DNA of 64,000 bases, taken from positions 10,132 through 74,131 of the forward strand of contig JBKPTD010000005.1 of assembly GCA_046735375.1 (NCBI GenBank), given 5' to 3'. Below are positions 55,498 through 64,000 of this stretch, piece after piece. The position numbers were made by a program, and so were the translations under genes. Origin of the DNA: Actinomycetota bacterium (GTDB lineage: Bacteria; Actinomycetota; Actinomycetes; JAKEEW01). Each line of letters opens with the position of its first letter. Positions within the stretch are counted from its first letter, which is position 1. Under the pieces are notes generated by a model that was not told the origin of the DNA, ran no database searches, and saw nothing but the letters and a program-made list of their open reading frames with translations.

Positions 55498-56520
55498 TCA
55501 CCCGGGCCGAGTGGCGCCCACGAAGGGCATGTAGCTGCCAGAAATGGACGTGATCTTCACGACGTCACCCGGGTGCGGCGCGTGGATCATCTTGCCGCCA
55601 CCGATGTAGATGCCAACATGGCTGATCGGGCTGTAGAAGAAGACCAAGTCGCCAGGCTGCAATTGACCTTGTGACACGTGCGTGCCATAGCCGTACTGCA
55701 GGCTGGACGAGTGAGGCAACGAGACGCCGGCCGCGCGCCAGGCCGCCATCGTGAGGCCTGAGCAGTCGTAAGACCCCGGGCCATCTGCTGCCCATTGATA
55801 GGGCTTGCCGAGCTGGGCGTAGGCGAAGTTGACCGCCAGCTTCGCGCGGCCGCTTGCCGGCACGCTTGAGGTTGGGGTCGTGGTCTGCTGCGTGGTAGGC
55901 GGCGGCTCGCTGGGCGTATTCAATGCCGCTCGCTGCGCCGCCGTGAGGCGGCTGAGCAGGGCATTGGCCCGCTGCAGCTTCTTTCTGACCTCTGCTTCCT
56001 TGGCCTTCAGGTCGTCGCGGACCTTGTCGATCTCGGCCAGTTTCTGGCGTGCGGTCAGCTTCGTCTGCTCGAGCTGCTGCTTGGCAAGCCGCAGCCGACG
56101 CAGCGCGTCAGCTTGCTGGGTGGACAGCTGGTCGAGTGTGGTCGCCTGATCGAGGAACAGTCTCGGATCGTCCGAGGTGAGCAGTTGGATGGTTTCATCG
56201 ACTCCGGCGTTGCGATAGGCCATCGTCAGATAGATGCCGACCTCGTCCTGTAATGCGTCGAGCGAGCGCTGCTGGGCGGCGACGCGATCCTGGATCACGC
56301 GCAACTGCTTCTCGGCCGCTTTGAGGTTCTCTGTCGCCACGTTGACTTGCTCGACGACCGCGTCGACCTCGTGATCGAGCTTGTTGACCTCGTCGCGGAC
56401 TTCGCTGATGGATCGCGGGTCAGCGTAGCTCGCGTCGGGCATGACGACGAATCCGACGGCAGTGGCGGTGCAGAGAGCGACCAGTGTGCGTACATAACGG
56501 CGTGAACCGACAGACGCCAC
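55498..56520 (-). CDS. NlpC/P60 peptidoglycan endopeptidase with N-terminal coiled-coil (paralog)
   Basis: Same architecture as the 54032 gene, with a nearly identical C-terminal catalytic domain. Confidence 0.8.
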   Translation of the reverse strand: MASVGSRRYVRTLVALCTATAVGFVVMPDASYADPRSISEVRDEVNKLDHEVDAVVEQVNVATENLKAAEKQLRVIQDRVAAQQRSLDALQDEVGIYLTMAYRNAGVDETIQLLTSDDPRLFLDQATTLDQLSTQQADALRRLRLAKQQLEQTKLTARQKLAEIDKVRDDLKAKEAEVRKKLQRANALLSRLTAAQRAALNTPSEPPPTTQQTTTPTSSVPASGRAKLAVNFAYAQLGKPYQWAADGPGSYDCSGLTMAAWRAAGVSLPHSSSLQYGYGTHVSQGQLQPGDLVFFYSPISHVGIYIGGGKMIHAPHPGDVVKITSISGSYMPFVGATRPG

Positions 56521-56539
56521 CAGAGCGGCACCCCTCTTC

Positions 56540-56690
56540 CTCTGGCCGCCTACCGGGTGAGCTGACGGGTTCGGGCTGGGGAAGACAAGCCCTACAACGC
56601 GCCAGGGCGCGTTGATTCACCCCAGGGAAGATTGGTTCCCCGGCTCCCTCGGAGCCCATTGGTGCCATCTGGGCCCGTCGGGACTCGGCG
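56540..56690 (-). ncRNA. ydaO (c-di-AMP) riboswitch, copy B
   Basis: Minus strand: ...CCGGGGAACCAAUCUUCCCUGGGGUGAAUCAACGCGCCCUGGCGCGUUGUAGGGCUUGUCUUCCCCAGCCCGAACCCGUCAGCUCACCCGGUAGG.... Differences from copy A are confined to one hairpin, which here is a perfect stem (AACGCGCC-CU-GGCGCGUU). Confidence 0.75.
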
Positions 56691-56809
56691 GAGGTCTCCG
56701 CCGACCACTCCGGTTGAGCAGCCGTCGGCGCGGACACCTGGTGCGGAACCATACTCATGATCCGCTCGCGGAGCAATGCGAACCGCCGTTTCTTGTGGAA
56801 AACGCCTGG

Positions 56810-57040
56810 TCAGGCCGATGCAGCCCGCCGCCGCCTCGGTCCGTGCGCATCCGGCGGCGGCGGACGTTTGACCGTGAGGCGCAGCGGGGGAACCAGGCCA
56901 GAAGCGGCGAGCACGCCGATGGCCGTCCGCTCTTCCGCATCGAGCGTCCCTCCGGCTGGCGGCATGCCGAGCAAGACGCCAACCGCGCAGTCGCCACACG
57001 CGACGTCGCGAACCGAGCACCTCTCGCAGTCGATGAGCAT
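56810..57040 (-). CDS. Small hypothetical zinc-ribbon protein (CxxC-x8-CxxC)
   Basis: 76 aa. A strong Shine-Dalgarno (GGGAGG, 6-nt spacer) precedes the ATG, and the N-terminus has MLIDCERCSVRDVACGDC. I recognise no homolog. Confidence 0.35.
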   Translation of the reverse strand: MLIDCERCSVRDVACGDCAVGVLLGMPPAGGTLDAEERTAIGVLAASGLVPPLRLTVKRPPPPDAHGPRRRRAASA

Positions 57041-57181
57041 GGCGAGCCTCCCAAAACGCCAGGTGACAGGCCCTCGCCCATCGCCTCGAGTCCTTCATTG
57101 CTCGCTAACGTAGGGGGCAGCTCCGACAAAATCGCATCGGCGTCACGGGCAGCACCTGACACGAGGGAGGCGCCCGCTTCC

Positions 57182-58651
57182 TTAGCCGCGGGCGAGGCGT
57201 CTGATCAACGCGGCGGCTGGAAGGGCCCGCGCCCCTGCCGTCCGTACACCATCGGCAACCTCCCGATCGCTTGACACGACGACGACGGGACGCCCGGAGG
57301 GCTCCGCTCGGACCAGCCGCCGAATGAGGTCGTCGGCGGTCTGACCCGGCTTGCTGAACAGAACGCGAACGCCTCGGGGAGCCGCCGACGGCACCGGTCC
57401 GGTGAGCGCGGCACCATCGAACACGCAGGTGATCTCGGCGCCGCTCTGCGCGGCGAGCCCGCCGAGCCCGCTGACCAAGCGGGCGCGTTGAGCTTCGAGC
57501 GGTAGGTTCGCGAAACCGGTCTTGGTGACGTTGTAGCCGTCAATGACGAGGTGTACTTGTGGCAGCGCGAGCAGCTGGTCGAGCAGCACCGGATCGTCTG
57601 CCTCCCGTGCCCGATCGGTGATCGACTCCACTCCAGCTGAGCCGGCCTTAAGTGCCTCGACTGTGTCCGCGGGCCTGATGGTGATGGGCGGCAGCGCCAA
57701 TTCCCGCCGCAGCCCCTGCGCCGCATCGAGGACGGTATCCAGCAGCAGGCGCAGGCGAATGTCTTCGATGCTGCGGCCCTCACGTGTGGTCCGGCGCGCG
57801 GATTCGAGTGACTGCTCGGCGTCTGCGAGGCGTGCCTTCATGCGCCGCAGCTCCGCATCAGCATTGGCCTGGGCGGCGGCTGCGTCCGCACGAGCAAGCT
57901 CGGCCGCCTCATCCGCGGTACGGGCGGCGAGCGCCGACTGCTTCGCCTGCTGGCGGGTGTCATGGAGCTTGTGCCGCAGGTCCGAGATCTCCGCCTTGGC
58001 CCGATCCAGCTCAATGCGCAGCCGATCGACGTCCGCCTTGGCTGTGGCACGAGTTGCCGCTAGCTGCTCCTGCACACGTGCCATCGCCTCGGTCGCCGCG
58101 GCCGAGCCCGCCGCTACCGTCGACCGCTCGACCTCGCGGCCGGCCGCCTTGACATGTCCTTGCCACCCGTCGGGGCGGAGCAGATAGGCGATCGCAGCGG
58201 TATCAAGGGGATCGGCCACCGCAGGAACGGCTCCGACGGTCAGTGCAGCCGCGAGATCGGGCATGGCCTCGCGGGCGCGGCCGGCCACGACCGAGCGAAA
58301 TGCGCCGTCCCTGGCGAGCGCGGCTGCGATCGAGGCAGCGGCCAACCGGGCACGCTTCTGTGGAGCGAACCGGACGAACTGCCGCAACGAGGCCGGCACC
58401 TCGCTGACCGGCAGCGCACCAAGGGCGTCGGCGGCGAGCGCAACGACCCGCTGGCGCACCGGCTCGGGTAGCACCCCGACGTCGCGGTCCTCAGCCGGTT
58501 GCCGCTCATCGGCGCCGATCCCCTCGTCCGCCGTCAGATCACCAGCGGTCGCACCGGCGCCGGCCTTGCCGGGGCCATCCCCCGAAGGCGCAGCACGACC
58601 AGGATCAGGCTCAGCCTGGTCCTCAGCCGGTCGAGGCGACGACTCCCACAT
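57182..58651 (-). CDS. NYN-domain (YacP/Rae1-like RNase) protein with long Ala/Arg-rich coiled-coil N-terminal region
   Basis: The C-terminal ~150 aa match the YacP-like NYN pattern (VHLVIDGYNV...TCVFDG...VVVVSSDREV). Confidence 0.55.
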   Translation of the reverse strand: MWESSPRPAEDQAEPDPGRAAPSGDGPGKAGAGATAGDLTADEGIGADERQPAEDRDVGVLPEPVRQRVVALAADALGALPVSEVPASLRQFVRFAPQKRARLAAASIAAALARDGAFRSVVAGRAREAMPDLAAALTVGAVPAVADPLDTAAIAYLLRPDGWQGHVKAAGREVERSTVAAGSAAATEAMARVQEQLAATRATAKADVDRLRIELDRAKAEISDLRHKLHDTRQQAKQSALAARTADEAAELARADAAAAQANADAELRRMKARLADAEQSLESARRTTREGRSIEDIRLRLLLDTVLDAAQGLRRELALPPITIRPADTVEALKAGSAGVESITDRAREADDPVLLDQLLALPQVHLVIDGYNVTKTGFANLPLEAQRARLVSGLGGLAAQSGAEITCVFDGAALTGPVPSAAPRGVRVLFSKPGQTADDLIRRLVRAEPSGRPVVVVSSDREVADGVRTAGARALPAAALIRRLARG

Positions 58652-58771
58652 GCGGAAAGCCTATGCCGCACCTCCTGACCGGCAGATCAAGAAACCTGAG
58701 GCGCACACGAGTGCGATCTGCTGCACCGCGCGGGTGCCATCACAATCGACCGGAGGGGGAAGTGTGCCCTG

Positions 58772-60670
58772 TTGCTGTGCGAACAGCTCGCGCGTCGTAA
58801 CCGGTTTCTGTCGGTCGGGCCGCTTACCTTCGCTGACATGACCGCAGAGGCTGTCCAACGATCGGCGCCGCCAGTGCCGATTCAGGGCACCTTCGAGGAA
58901 CTCGGGACGCCGCTGCGAGAGGTGACCTTCGTGGTGGTCGACCTGGAGACCACCGGCGCCGCGGCGACCGACAGCATCACCGAGGTCGGGGCCGTCAAGG
59001 TCCGTGGCGGTGAGGTCCTAGGCGAGTTCCAGACACTGGTCAATCCTCGCGGTCCGATCGCACCCTTTGTCGCTGTCCTCACCGGCATCACGGATCTGAT
59101 GGTCGCTGCCGCCCCGCGGATCGAGGCCGTGCTGCCGCCGTTCCTCGAGTTCACCAAGGGCACGGTGCTGGTCGCCCACAACGCCCCGTTCGATGTGGGT
59201 TTTCTGCGCAGTGCGTGCCAACGGCACGATTACGCCTGGCCGACCTTCGACGTGGTCGACACCGCTCGCCTGGCGCGTCGCGTGCTTACCCGCGACGAGG
59301 TGCCCGACGCGACGCTGCACACCCTTGCGCGTTACTTTCGCGCCACGACGGAGCCGATACACCGCGCCCTGGCCGATGCCAGGGCGACAGTTGATGTCCT
59401 CCATGGGTTGATCGAGCGGCTGGGATCCTATGGCGTCCACTCCCTTGAGGAGCTGGCGATCTTCTCCGCCCGGGTGGCCCCGCAACAGGTCGCCAAGCGT
59501 CACCTCGCTGAGGGGCTGCCGACTTCGCCTGGCGTCTACCTGTTCAAGGACGCCCGCGGCGAGGTGCTCTACGTCGGCAAGTCCCGCAATCTCCGATCTC
59601 GGGTGAGGACCTATTTCACGGCGTCAGAGACCCGAACCCGGATCACCGAGATGATCGGGTTGGCGACGCAGGTGACGCCGATCGTGTGCGAAACCGCGCT
59701 TGAGGCCGAGGTACGTGAGCTAAGGCTCATCGCCGAGCACAAGCCCCGATACAACCGGCGCTCCCGTTTCCCCGAGCGTGCCCTGTGGCTCAAGCTCACG
59801 GTCGAGCCGTTCCCGCGACTGTCGATGGTTCGCGAGGTCCGCGACGACGCGACAACCTATCTCGGGCCATTTGGGTCCCGGCGGGTCGCCGAGCAGGCGA
59901 TGACGGCGCTGCACGAGGCCTTCCCGATCCGCCAGTGCACGCAGCGGCTTTCGCCGCAGCGGCTGCGGTCGACTTGCATCCTTTATGAGATGGGCCGCTG
60001 CAACGGCCCGTGTGAGGGTCATGAGTCCGTCGCGGAATACTCCGTGCACGTGGGTGCCGCCCGCACCGCCATCCTGGGAGATGTTCGGCCGCTCGTCCGC
60101 CACCTCACCGCCCGGATCGACCTGCTTGCCGGGCAGCAGCGCTACGAGGACGCCGCGATTCATCGGGACCGTTTGGCGGCCTTCGTGCGGACTGCTGCTC
60201 GCATGCAGCGCATCGCCGCGCTCAGCGGGTGCCAGCAACTCGTCGCCGCCCGGCCGGTCGAACCGAGCACCAGGCTGAGCGATCGGCTCGGCGGCCCGCC
60301 AGCCGCGCAGCGGCGGTCACAGGATTGGGAGGTAATGGTGATCAGACATGGGCGGCTGGCGGCGGCTGGCCTCATGGCTCCTGATGCTGTTCCTTCTGCG
60401 TTCGTCGACGCGCTCATAGCGACTGCAGAGACCGTCCGCCACGGGCCCGGACCGACGCCAGCCGCGACTGCGGAGGAAACCGAGTGCGTGCTGCGTTGGC
60501 TGGAGGCGCCGGGGACACGGCTCGTTCAGCTCGATGGTGAGTGGTCGTGGCCCGCGCACGGCGCAGCCTCCGTCCACGACATCCTCGACCCCGGCTCAAG
60601 CGACACGAGCACGCTCATCCGATTCGACCGGCCAAGACGGTTGCGACCCGTCCATCGCCCCGCTCGCTAA
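58772..60670 (+). CDS. DEDD 3'-5' exonuclease (DnaQ-like) fused to GIY-YIG/UvrC-like nuclease domain (Rv2191-like)
   Basis: Exo I motif (VVVDLETTG), exo III motif (HRALADA), and GIY-YIG (GVYLFKDARGEVLYVGKSRNLRSR). It lies beside the ripC-like gene, as Rv2191 does. Confidence 0.75.
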   Translation: MLCEQLARRNRFLSVGPLTFADMTAEAVQRSAPPVPIQGTFEELGTPLREVTFVVVDLETTGAAATDSITEVGAVKVRGGEVLGEFQTLVNPRGPIAPFVAVLTGITDLMVAAAPRIEAVLPPFLEFTKGTVLVAHNAPFDVGFLRSACQRHDYAWPTFDVVDTARLARRVLTRDEVPDATLHTLARYFRATTEPIHRALADARATVDVLHGLIERLGSYGVHSLEELAIFSARVAPQQVAKRHLAEGLPTSPGVYLFKDARGEVLYVGKSRNLRSRVRTYFTASETRTRITEMIGLATQVTPIVCETALEAEVRELRLIAEHKPRYNRRSRFPERALWLKLTVEPFPRLSMVREVRDDATTYLGPFGSRRVAEQAMTALHEAFPIRQCTQRLSPQRLRSTCILYEMGRCNGPCEGHESVAEYSVHVGAARTAILGDVRPLVRHLTARIDLLAGQQRYEDAAIHRDRLAAFVRTAARMQRIAALSGCQQLVAARPVEPSTRLSDRLGGPPAAQRRSQDWEVMVIRHGRLAAAGLMAPDAVPSAFVDALIATAETVRHGPGPTPAATAEETECVLRWLEAPGTRLVQLDGEWSWPAHGAASVHDILDPGSSDTSTLIRFDRPRRLRPVHRPAR

Positions 60671-60722
60671 CGTCCTCTTTGCGGCGGCGACGTCGTTGCA
60701 GACGTTCTGAGAGGATCGGGGG

Positions 60723-61535
60723 GTGGTCATCCCGATCCATGACCGGAACCCGGTCCGGAGAGTGCCGGTCGTCACCTACGCCTTGATCGCCATCAACTTC
60801 GTCGTTTTCATCATCGGTCCGGTATCAGGCTTGACCACGCATTACGGCTCGGGGCCTCGCCTCGCCTGTGCGCAGAACACCTACTTCAGGGAATACGGCG
60901 CGATCCCCAAAGAGCTGCTGACCAACGATCAGCTGCCACCACAGAGGATCGGCGTGCAGCAGAACGGCCAAACCTTCATCTGCCCGGTGGGGCGCTATCA
61001 CAAGGTGCCGATCTTCTCCGCCTTCACCGCGATGTTCATCCACGGCGGGTGGCTCCACCTGCTCGGTAACATGCTCTTCCTCTACGTCTTCGGAAACAAC
61101 GTCGAGGATCATCTGGGCCGGCTGCGCTACCTGCTCTTCTACCTCGGTTGCGGCCTGATCGCGACGTACGCCTTCGCCGCGTTCACTGGGCCAGGTTCCA
61201 CCCAGCCACTGGTCGGCGCGTCGGGCGCGATTGCCGGTGTGCTCGGGGCGTACCTGTGGCTCTTCCCAAAGGCGAAGGTCACGAGCCTGGTGCCGTTCCT
61301 GCTCTTCCTGCCGTTCCGGCTGCCGGCGTGGCTCGTGCTCGGCGGCTGGTTCGTTCTGCAGTGGGCATACGCGCAAGGCGCCGGGATGTCCGGCGATGCG
61401 GGCGTGGCCTACTTCGCGCATGTCGCCGGCTTCCTCGCCGGGCTGCTCTACGTGATCATCTTTGTGCGTCGGCCACAATGGCCCCCGTATTCCGGCTACC
61501 CCAGTGGCCAACCGCCCGGCTACTACGGCCGCTAA
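60723..61535 (+). CDS. Rhomboid-family intramembrane serine protease
   Basis: Six TM helices, catalytic GASGAIAG Ser and AHVAGFLAGLL His, and a Pro/Gly/Tyr-rich C-terminal tail. Confidence 0.8.
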   Translation: MVIPIHDRNPVRRVPVVTYALIAINFVVFIIGPVSGLTTHYGSGPRLACAQNTYFREYGAIPKELLTNDQLPPQRIGVQQNGQTFICPVGRYHKVPIFSAFTAMFIHGGWLHLLGNMLFLYVFGNNVEDHLGRLRYLLFYLGCGLIATYAFAAFTGPGSTQPLVGASGAIAGVLGAYLWLFPKAKVTSLVPFLLFLPFRLPAWLVLGGWFVLQWAYAQGAGMSGDAGVAYFAHVAGFLAGLLYVIIFVRRPQWPPYSGYPSGQPPGYYGR

Positions 61536-61561
61536 ATGGTCGGGGCGCGGCGTCAGTACAA

Positions 61562-61848
61562 CTAGTCGGCCTCCGCGACACCTAGAGCGAAGGCGGCCTC
61601 GAGGTCGTGCTGGGAGTAGGTGCGGAAGGCGACGTGAGTCTCGGTCGACAAGATTCCTTGGATCTTGTTGATCCGGCCGGGGATGACGTCGGCAAGATCG
61701 TCATGCTGCCGAACTCGCACCATCGCAATCAGGTCGAACTCGCCGGTCACCGAATAGACCTCGCTCACGCTGTCGAGCGCCGCGATCGCCTCTGCGACCT
61801 CGGGAATGCGGTCGACCTGCGCCTTCACGAGCACGATCGCGGTGATCA
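61562..61848 (-). CDS. Stand-alone Lrp/AsnC C-terminal (RAM) domain protein
   Basis: About 94 aa matching the AsnC ligand-binding domain (VLVKAQ...VTGEFDLIAMVRV), with no HTH. A GTG start follows a GGAGG Shine-Dalgarno; the upstream ORF extension to 61987 lacks an HTH. Confidence 0.5.
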
Positions 61849-61895
61849 CGGCAGCCTCCAAGGTGCATCGTCGACACTGGCAGCGGGGATGCGGC

Positions 61896-63074
61896 TCATC
61901 CTGCTTTGAGCTTTCTCGTGGTCTCCACCCAGCGGTCGAGAACACGGGCTGCCGCGCCGCTGTCGACCGAAGCGGCGGCCCGGCCAAGCGCGGCCTGGAG
62001 CAGATCGGTCAGGCGCTCGGCAACGGACGGCGCATCGAGCGAACTGATCGACGAGCGGTCATCGGCGAGGTCGTAGGCGATGAGCGCAGCGGCGGAATTG
62101 AGCAGGACCGTGTCGCGAACGGCACCGGGCTCGCCGGCAAGGAACGATCGAGCGATCCGCGCGTTCACAGGCGCCTCACCACCACGCAGATCCGAGGCCT
62201 CGTGTCGTGGCAGTCCCACCCGGCCGGGGTCGAGAGATGACTCAGCCACGGTGCCGCGGTGGACGATCCACACGCGGGAGGTCGTGGTGGTCGTCAGCTC
62301 GTCCAGTCCGTCGTCGCCGTGAAAGACGAGGGCCGCCACCCCCCGGCCCGCCAGAACACCGGCCAGTACTCCGCCCATTCGCTCATCCGCGACGCCAACT
62401 GCCTGCGCGGCCGGGCGGGCCGGGTTGGCGAGCGGACCGAGGAAATTGAAGGTCGTAGGAACCCCGATCTCACGGCGCGGGGCCGCCGCATGCCGCAGAG
62501 CCGGATGAAACAACGGCGCGAAGCAGAACGTGATGCCCACCTCGCCAGCGACCTGGGCGACGACGTCGGGAGGCAGGGCGAGGACGATGCCGAGTTCCTC
62601 CAGCAGGTCGGCCGACCCGCAGGCCGATGATGCGGCTCGGTTGCCATGCTTGACCACCCTGGCACCGGCTCCCGCCGCGGTCAGCGCCGCCATCGTCGAG
62701 ATATTGACGGTGTGCGCGCGGTCGCCACCCGTTCCCACCACATCAACCGTTCGGCCAGGAACAGTGATCTTCGTCGCATGGTCGTACATTGCGCCAACGA
62801 GACCAGCGACCTCGTCCACAGTCTCGCCCTTGGCCCGCAACGCGATGACAAATGCTGCGATCTGAGCGGAAGTCGCTTCCCCGGACATGATCTCGTTCAT
62901 CGCCCATGCGGTGGCATCGCTGGGAAGATCTGCCTGGCGTAGCAACGCTGAGAGCACCTCTGGCCACCCATGGGCAGGCGGCGACACGACGCCGGGCGCC
63001 GCGGCATCGTCAGGCCGAGCGGGGCTTCCCTCGCCCGGACCTCTCGCGCCGTCGGGGTGATCGAGGCTTGTCAT
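61896..63074 (-). CDS. trpD: Anthranilate phosphoribosyltransferase
   Basis: TrpD motifs ([24 protein letters not shown]). The true start is probably internal to the 392-aa ORF. Confidence 0.85.
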   Translation of the reverse strand: MTSLDHPDGARGPGEGSPARPDDAAAPGVVSPPAHGWPEVLSALLRQADLPSDATAWAMNEIMSGEATSAQIAAFVIALRAKGETVDEVAGLVGAMYDHATKITVPGRTVDVVGTGGDRAHTVNISTMAALTAAGAGARVVKHGNRAASSACGSADLLEELGIVLALPPDVVAQVAGEVGITFCFAPLFHPALRHAAAPRREIGVPTTFNFLGPLANPARPAAQAVGVADERMGGVLAGVLAGRGVAALVFHGDDGLDELTTTTTSRVWIVHRGTVAESSLDPGRVGLPRHEASDLRGGEAPVNARIARSFLAGEPGAVRDTVLLNSAAALIAYDLADDRSSISSLDAPSVAERLTDLLQAALGRAAASVDSGAAARVLDRWVETTRKLKAG

Positions 63075-63081
63075 CGGGACC

Positions 63082-63495
63082 TCACGAGAGGGGAAGGCTT
63101 GCGAGTCGGCGGCGCATCAACCCGGCAACCGCATCGGCGACCTCGATCGGATCGAGCGGATGCGACACGGCCGCGTTGGCCCGAGACCAGTTCGCGAGCC
63201 AGGCGTCCTGCGGACGCCCGATCAGCACGAGCACCGGCGGGCACTTATAGACCTCATCCTTGAGTTGCCGGGCGATCCCCATTCCCCCGGCAGGCACGGC
63301 TTCGCCGTCGAGGACGATGACGTCGATGCCGCCACGCTTCACCCGGGAGATGACCGCAGGTTCGGTGGCGCACTCCACGTACTCGACCTGTGGGAGCTCG
63401 GGCGCTGGCCGGCGGCCGACAGCCAGCCTGACCCTCTCCCTCGTGTTGCGGTCGTCGCTATAGATGAGGACCGTCATCTTTTCTGCGCTCGGCAT
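63082..63495 (-). CDS. Single-domain response-regulator receiver protein (orphan)
   Basis: CheY-like receiver fold ([18 protein letters not shown] near QLKDE) with no output domain. Confidence 0.5.
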   Translation of the reverse strand: MPSAEKMTVLIYSDDRNTRERVRLAVGRRPAPELPQVEYVECATEPAVISRVKRGGIDVIVLDGEAVPAGGMGIARQLKDEVYKCPPVLVLIGRPQDAWLANWSRANAAVSHPLDPIEVADAVAGLMRRRLASLPLS

Positions 63496-63681
63496 CTAGG
63501 CTTCCTCGGGCGTTGTCCACGCGCGGTCGGATCTTCCGGAATGCTACCGGCGCGGCTCCCCACGAGAGCGGGGACCGGCGCGTGATCGACGTGCGGAGCC
63601 GTGCAGGACCGGGGGGCGCGTACAGATCATTAGGCAAACTGCCGGGGGGTCGGCGTCACGGCTGCCACCGTTCCCGCCATA

Positions 63682-64000
63682 ATGGCGCGCGTGGCGACAA
63701 CCGCGCCGGACCGGCATGCCGTATATACGCCAGGCAGACCCAGCATGGTCAGCGTCGGGACCATCGTCTGGCTCGCCAGTGAGCTGATGTTCTTCGCGGC
63801 CCTCTTCGCGATGTATTTCACGGTGCGGTCCGTGTTCGGCCCGGACGGCTGGCCGACCCCGGGAGTGAAGCTCGACCTGCCGTTCGCCGCGGTCAACACC
63901 ACAGTGCTCGTGCTGTCGTCGGTCACGTGTCAGTTCGGGGTGTTCGCGGCGGAGCGAGGGCAGATCGGCCGCACCGGCTCCATCGTCCAGTTCTGGCGGT
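63682..64000 (+). CDS. ctaE: Cytochrome c oxidase subunit III (CtaE), 3'-truncated by window end
   Basis: Reads [47 protein letters not shown]..., matching the actinobacterial CtaE N-terminus. It is absent from the ORF track because no stop codon falls in the window. It follows trpD, as in M. tuberculosis. Confidence 0.75.
   Translation, partial: MARVATTAPDRHAVYTPGRPSMVSVGTIVWLASELMFFAALFAMYFTVRSVFGPDGWPTPGVKLDLPFAAVNTTVLVLSSVTCQFGVFAAERGQIGRTGSIVQFWR

Noticed and set aside
56592-57162. Overlapping ORFs 56592-57098(-), 56755-57162(-), 56757-57113(+), 56612-57274(+) between riboswitch B and the NYN gene.
   Set aside because: They are mutually exclusive and low-complexity. Only the 76-aa ORF 56810-57040(-) has a strong Shine-Dalgarno and a recognisable Cys motif, so it alone was kept (at low confidence).

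Overview
This is high-GC (~70%) actinobacterial chromosomal DNA that is densely coding on both strands. I found no rRNA, tRNA, CRISPR array, transposase or integrase. Gene order is a mosaic of a conserved core and accessory insertions.

Conserved core:
- Core gene order follows the Mycobacterium tuberculosis Rv2175c-pknL ... aroG(Rv2178c) ... plsC(Rv2182c) ... ArsA-like(Rv2184c)/TB16.3(Rv2185c)/fadD15(Rv2187)/pimB(Rv2188c)/ripC-like/Rv2191/trpD(Rv2192c)/ctaE(Rv2193) neighbourhood.
- Some Streptomyces-like features are present: a PknL with PASTA domains, pfkA, SCO2127-glkA, and thiE/thiOSG placed beside pknL.

Accessory insertions:
- A complete, translationally coupled myo-inositol catabolic operon (iolG-E-C-aldolase-B-D plus a sugar ABC transporter and a terminal EEP-family phosphoesterase), with a divergent GntR repressor.
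- An atypical Ser/Thr kinase, DUF456 membrane protein and ankyrin-repeat protein island, followed by a threonine aldolase, all lying between bfd-bfr and the class II DAHP synthase.
- A mazEF toxin-antitoxin pair.
- A TIGR00300 (LOR/SDH-like) gene and an orphan Flp prepilin.

Non-coding elements readable from the sequence:
- A TPP riboswitch ahead of thiOSG.
- Two paralogous ydaO (c-di-AMP) riboswitches, each ahead of a coiled-coil NlpC/P60 endopeptidase gene.
- An IdeR iron box ahead of bfd-bfr.
- A family of ~49-bp perfect palindromic REP-like elements (arms ATGAAGGGCACCTTCACCC): three full copies plus half-sites, in both convergent and divergent intergenic regions.

Nothing here looks like a known defence system. 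The most novel-looking material is the palindrome family, the kinase/ankyrin island, and the EEP gene appended to the iol operon.
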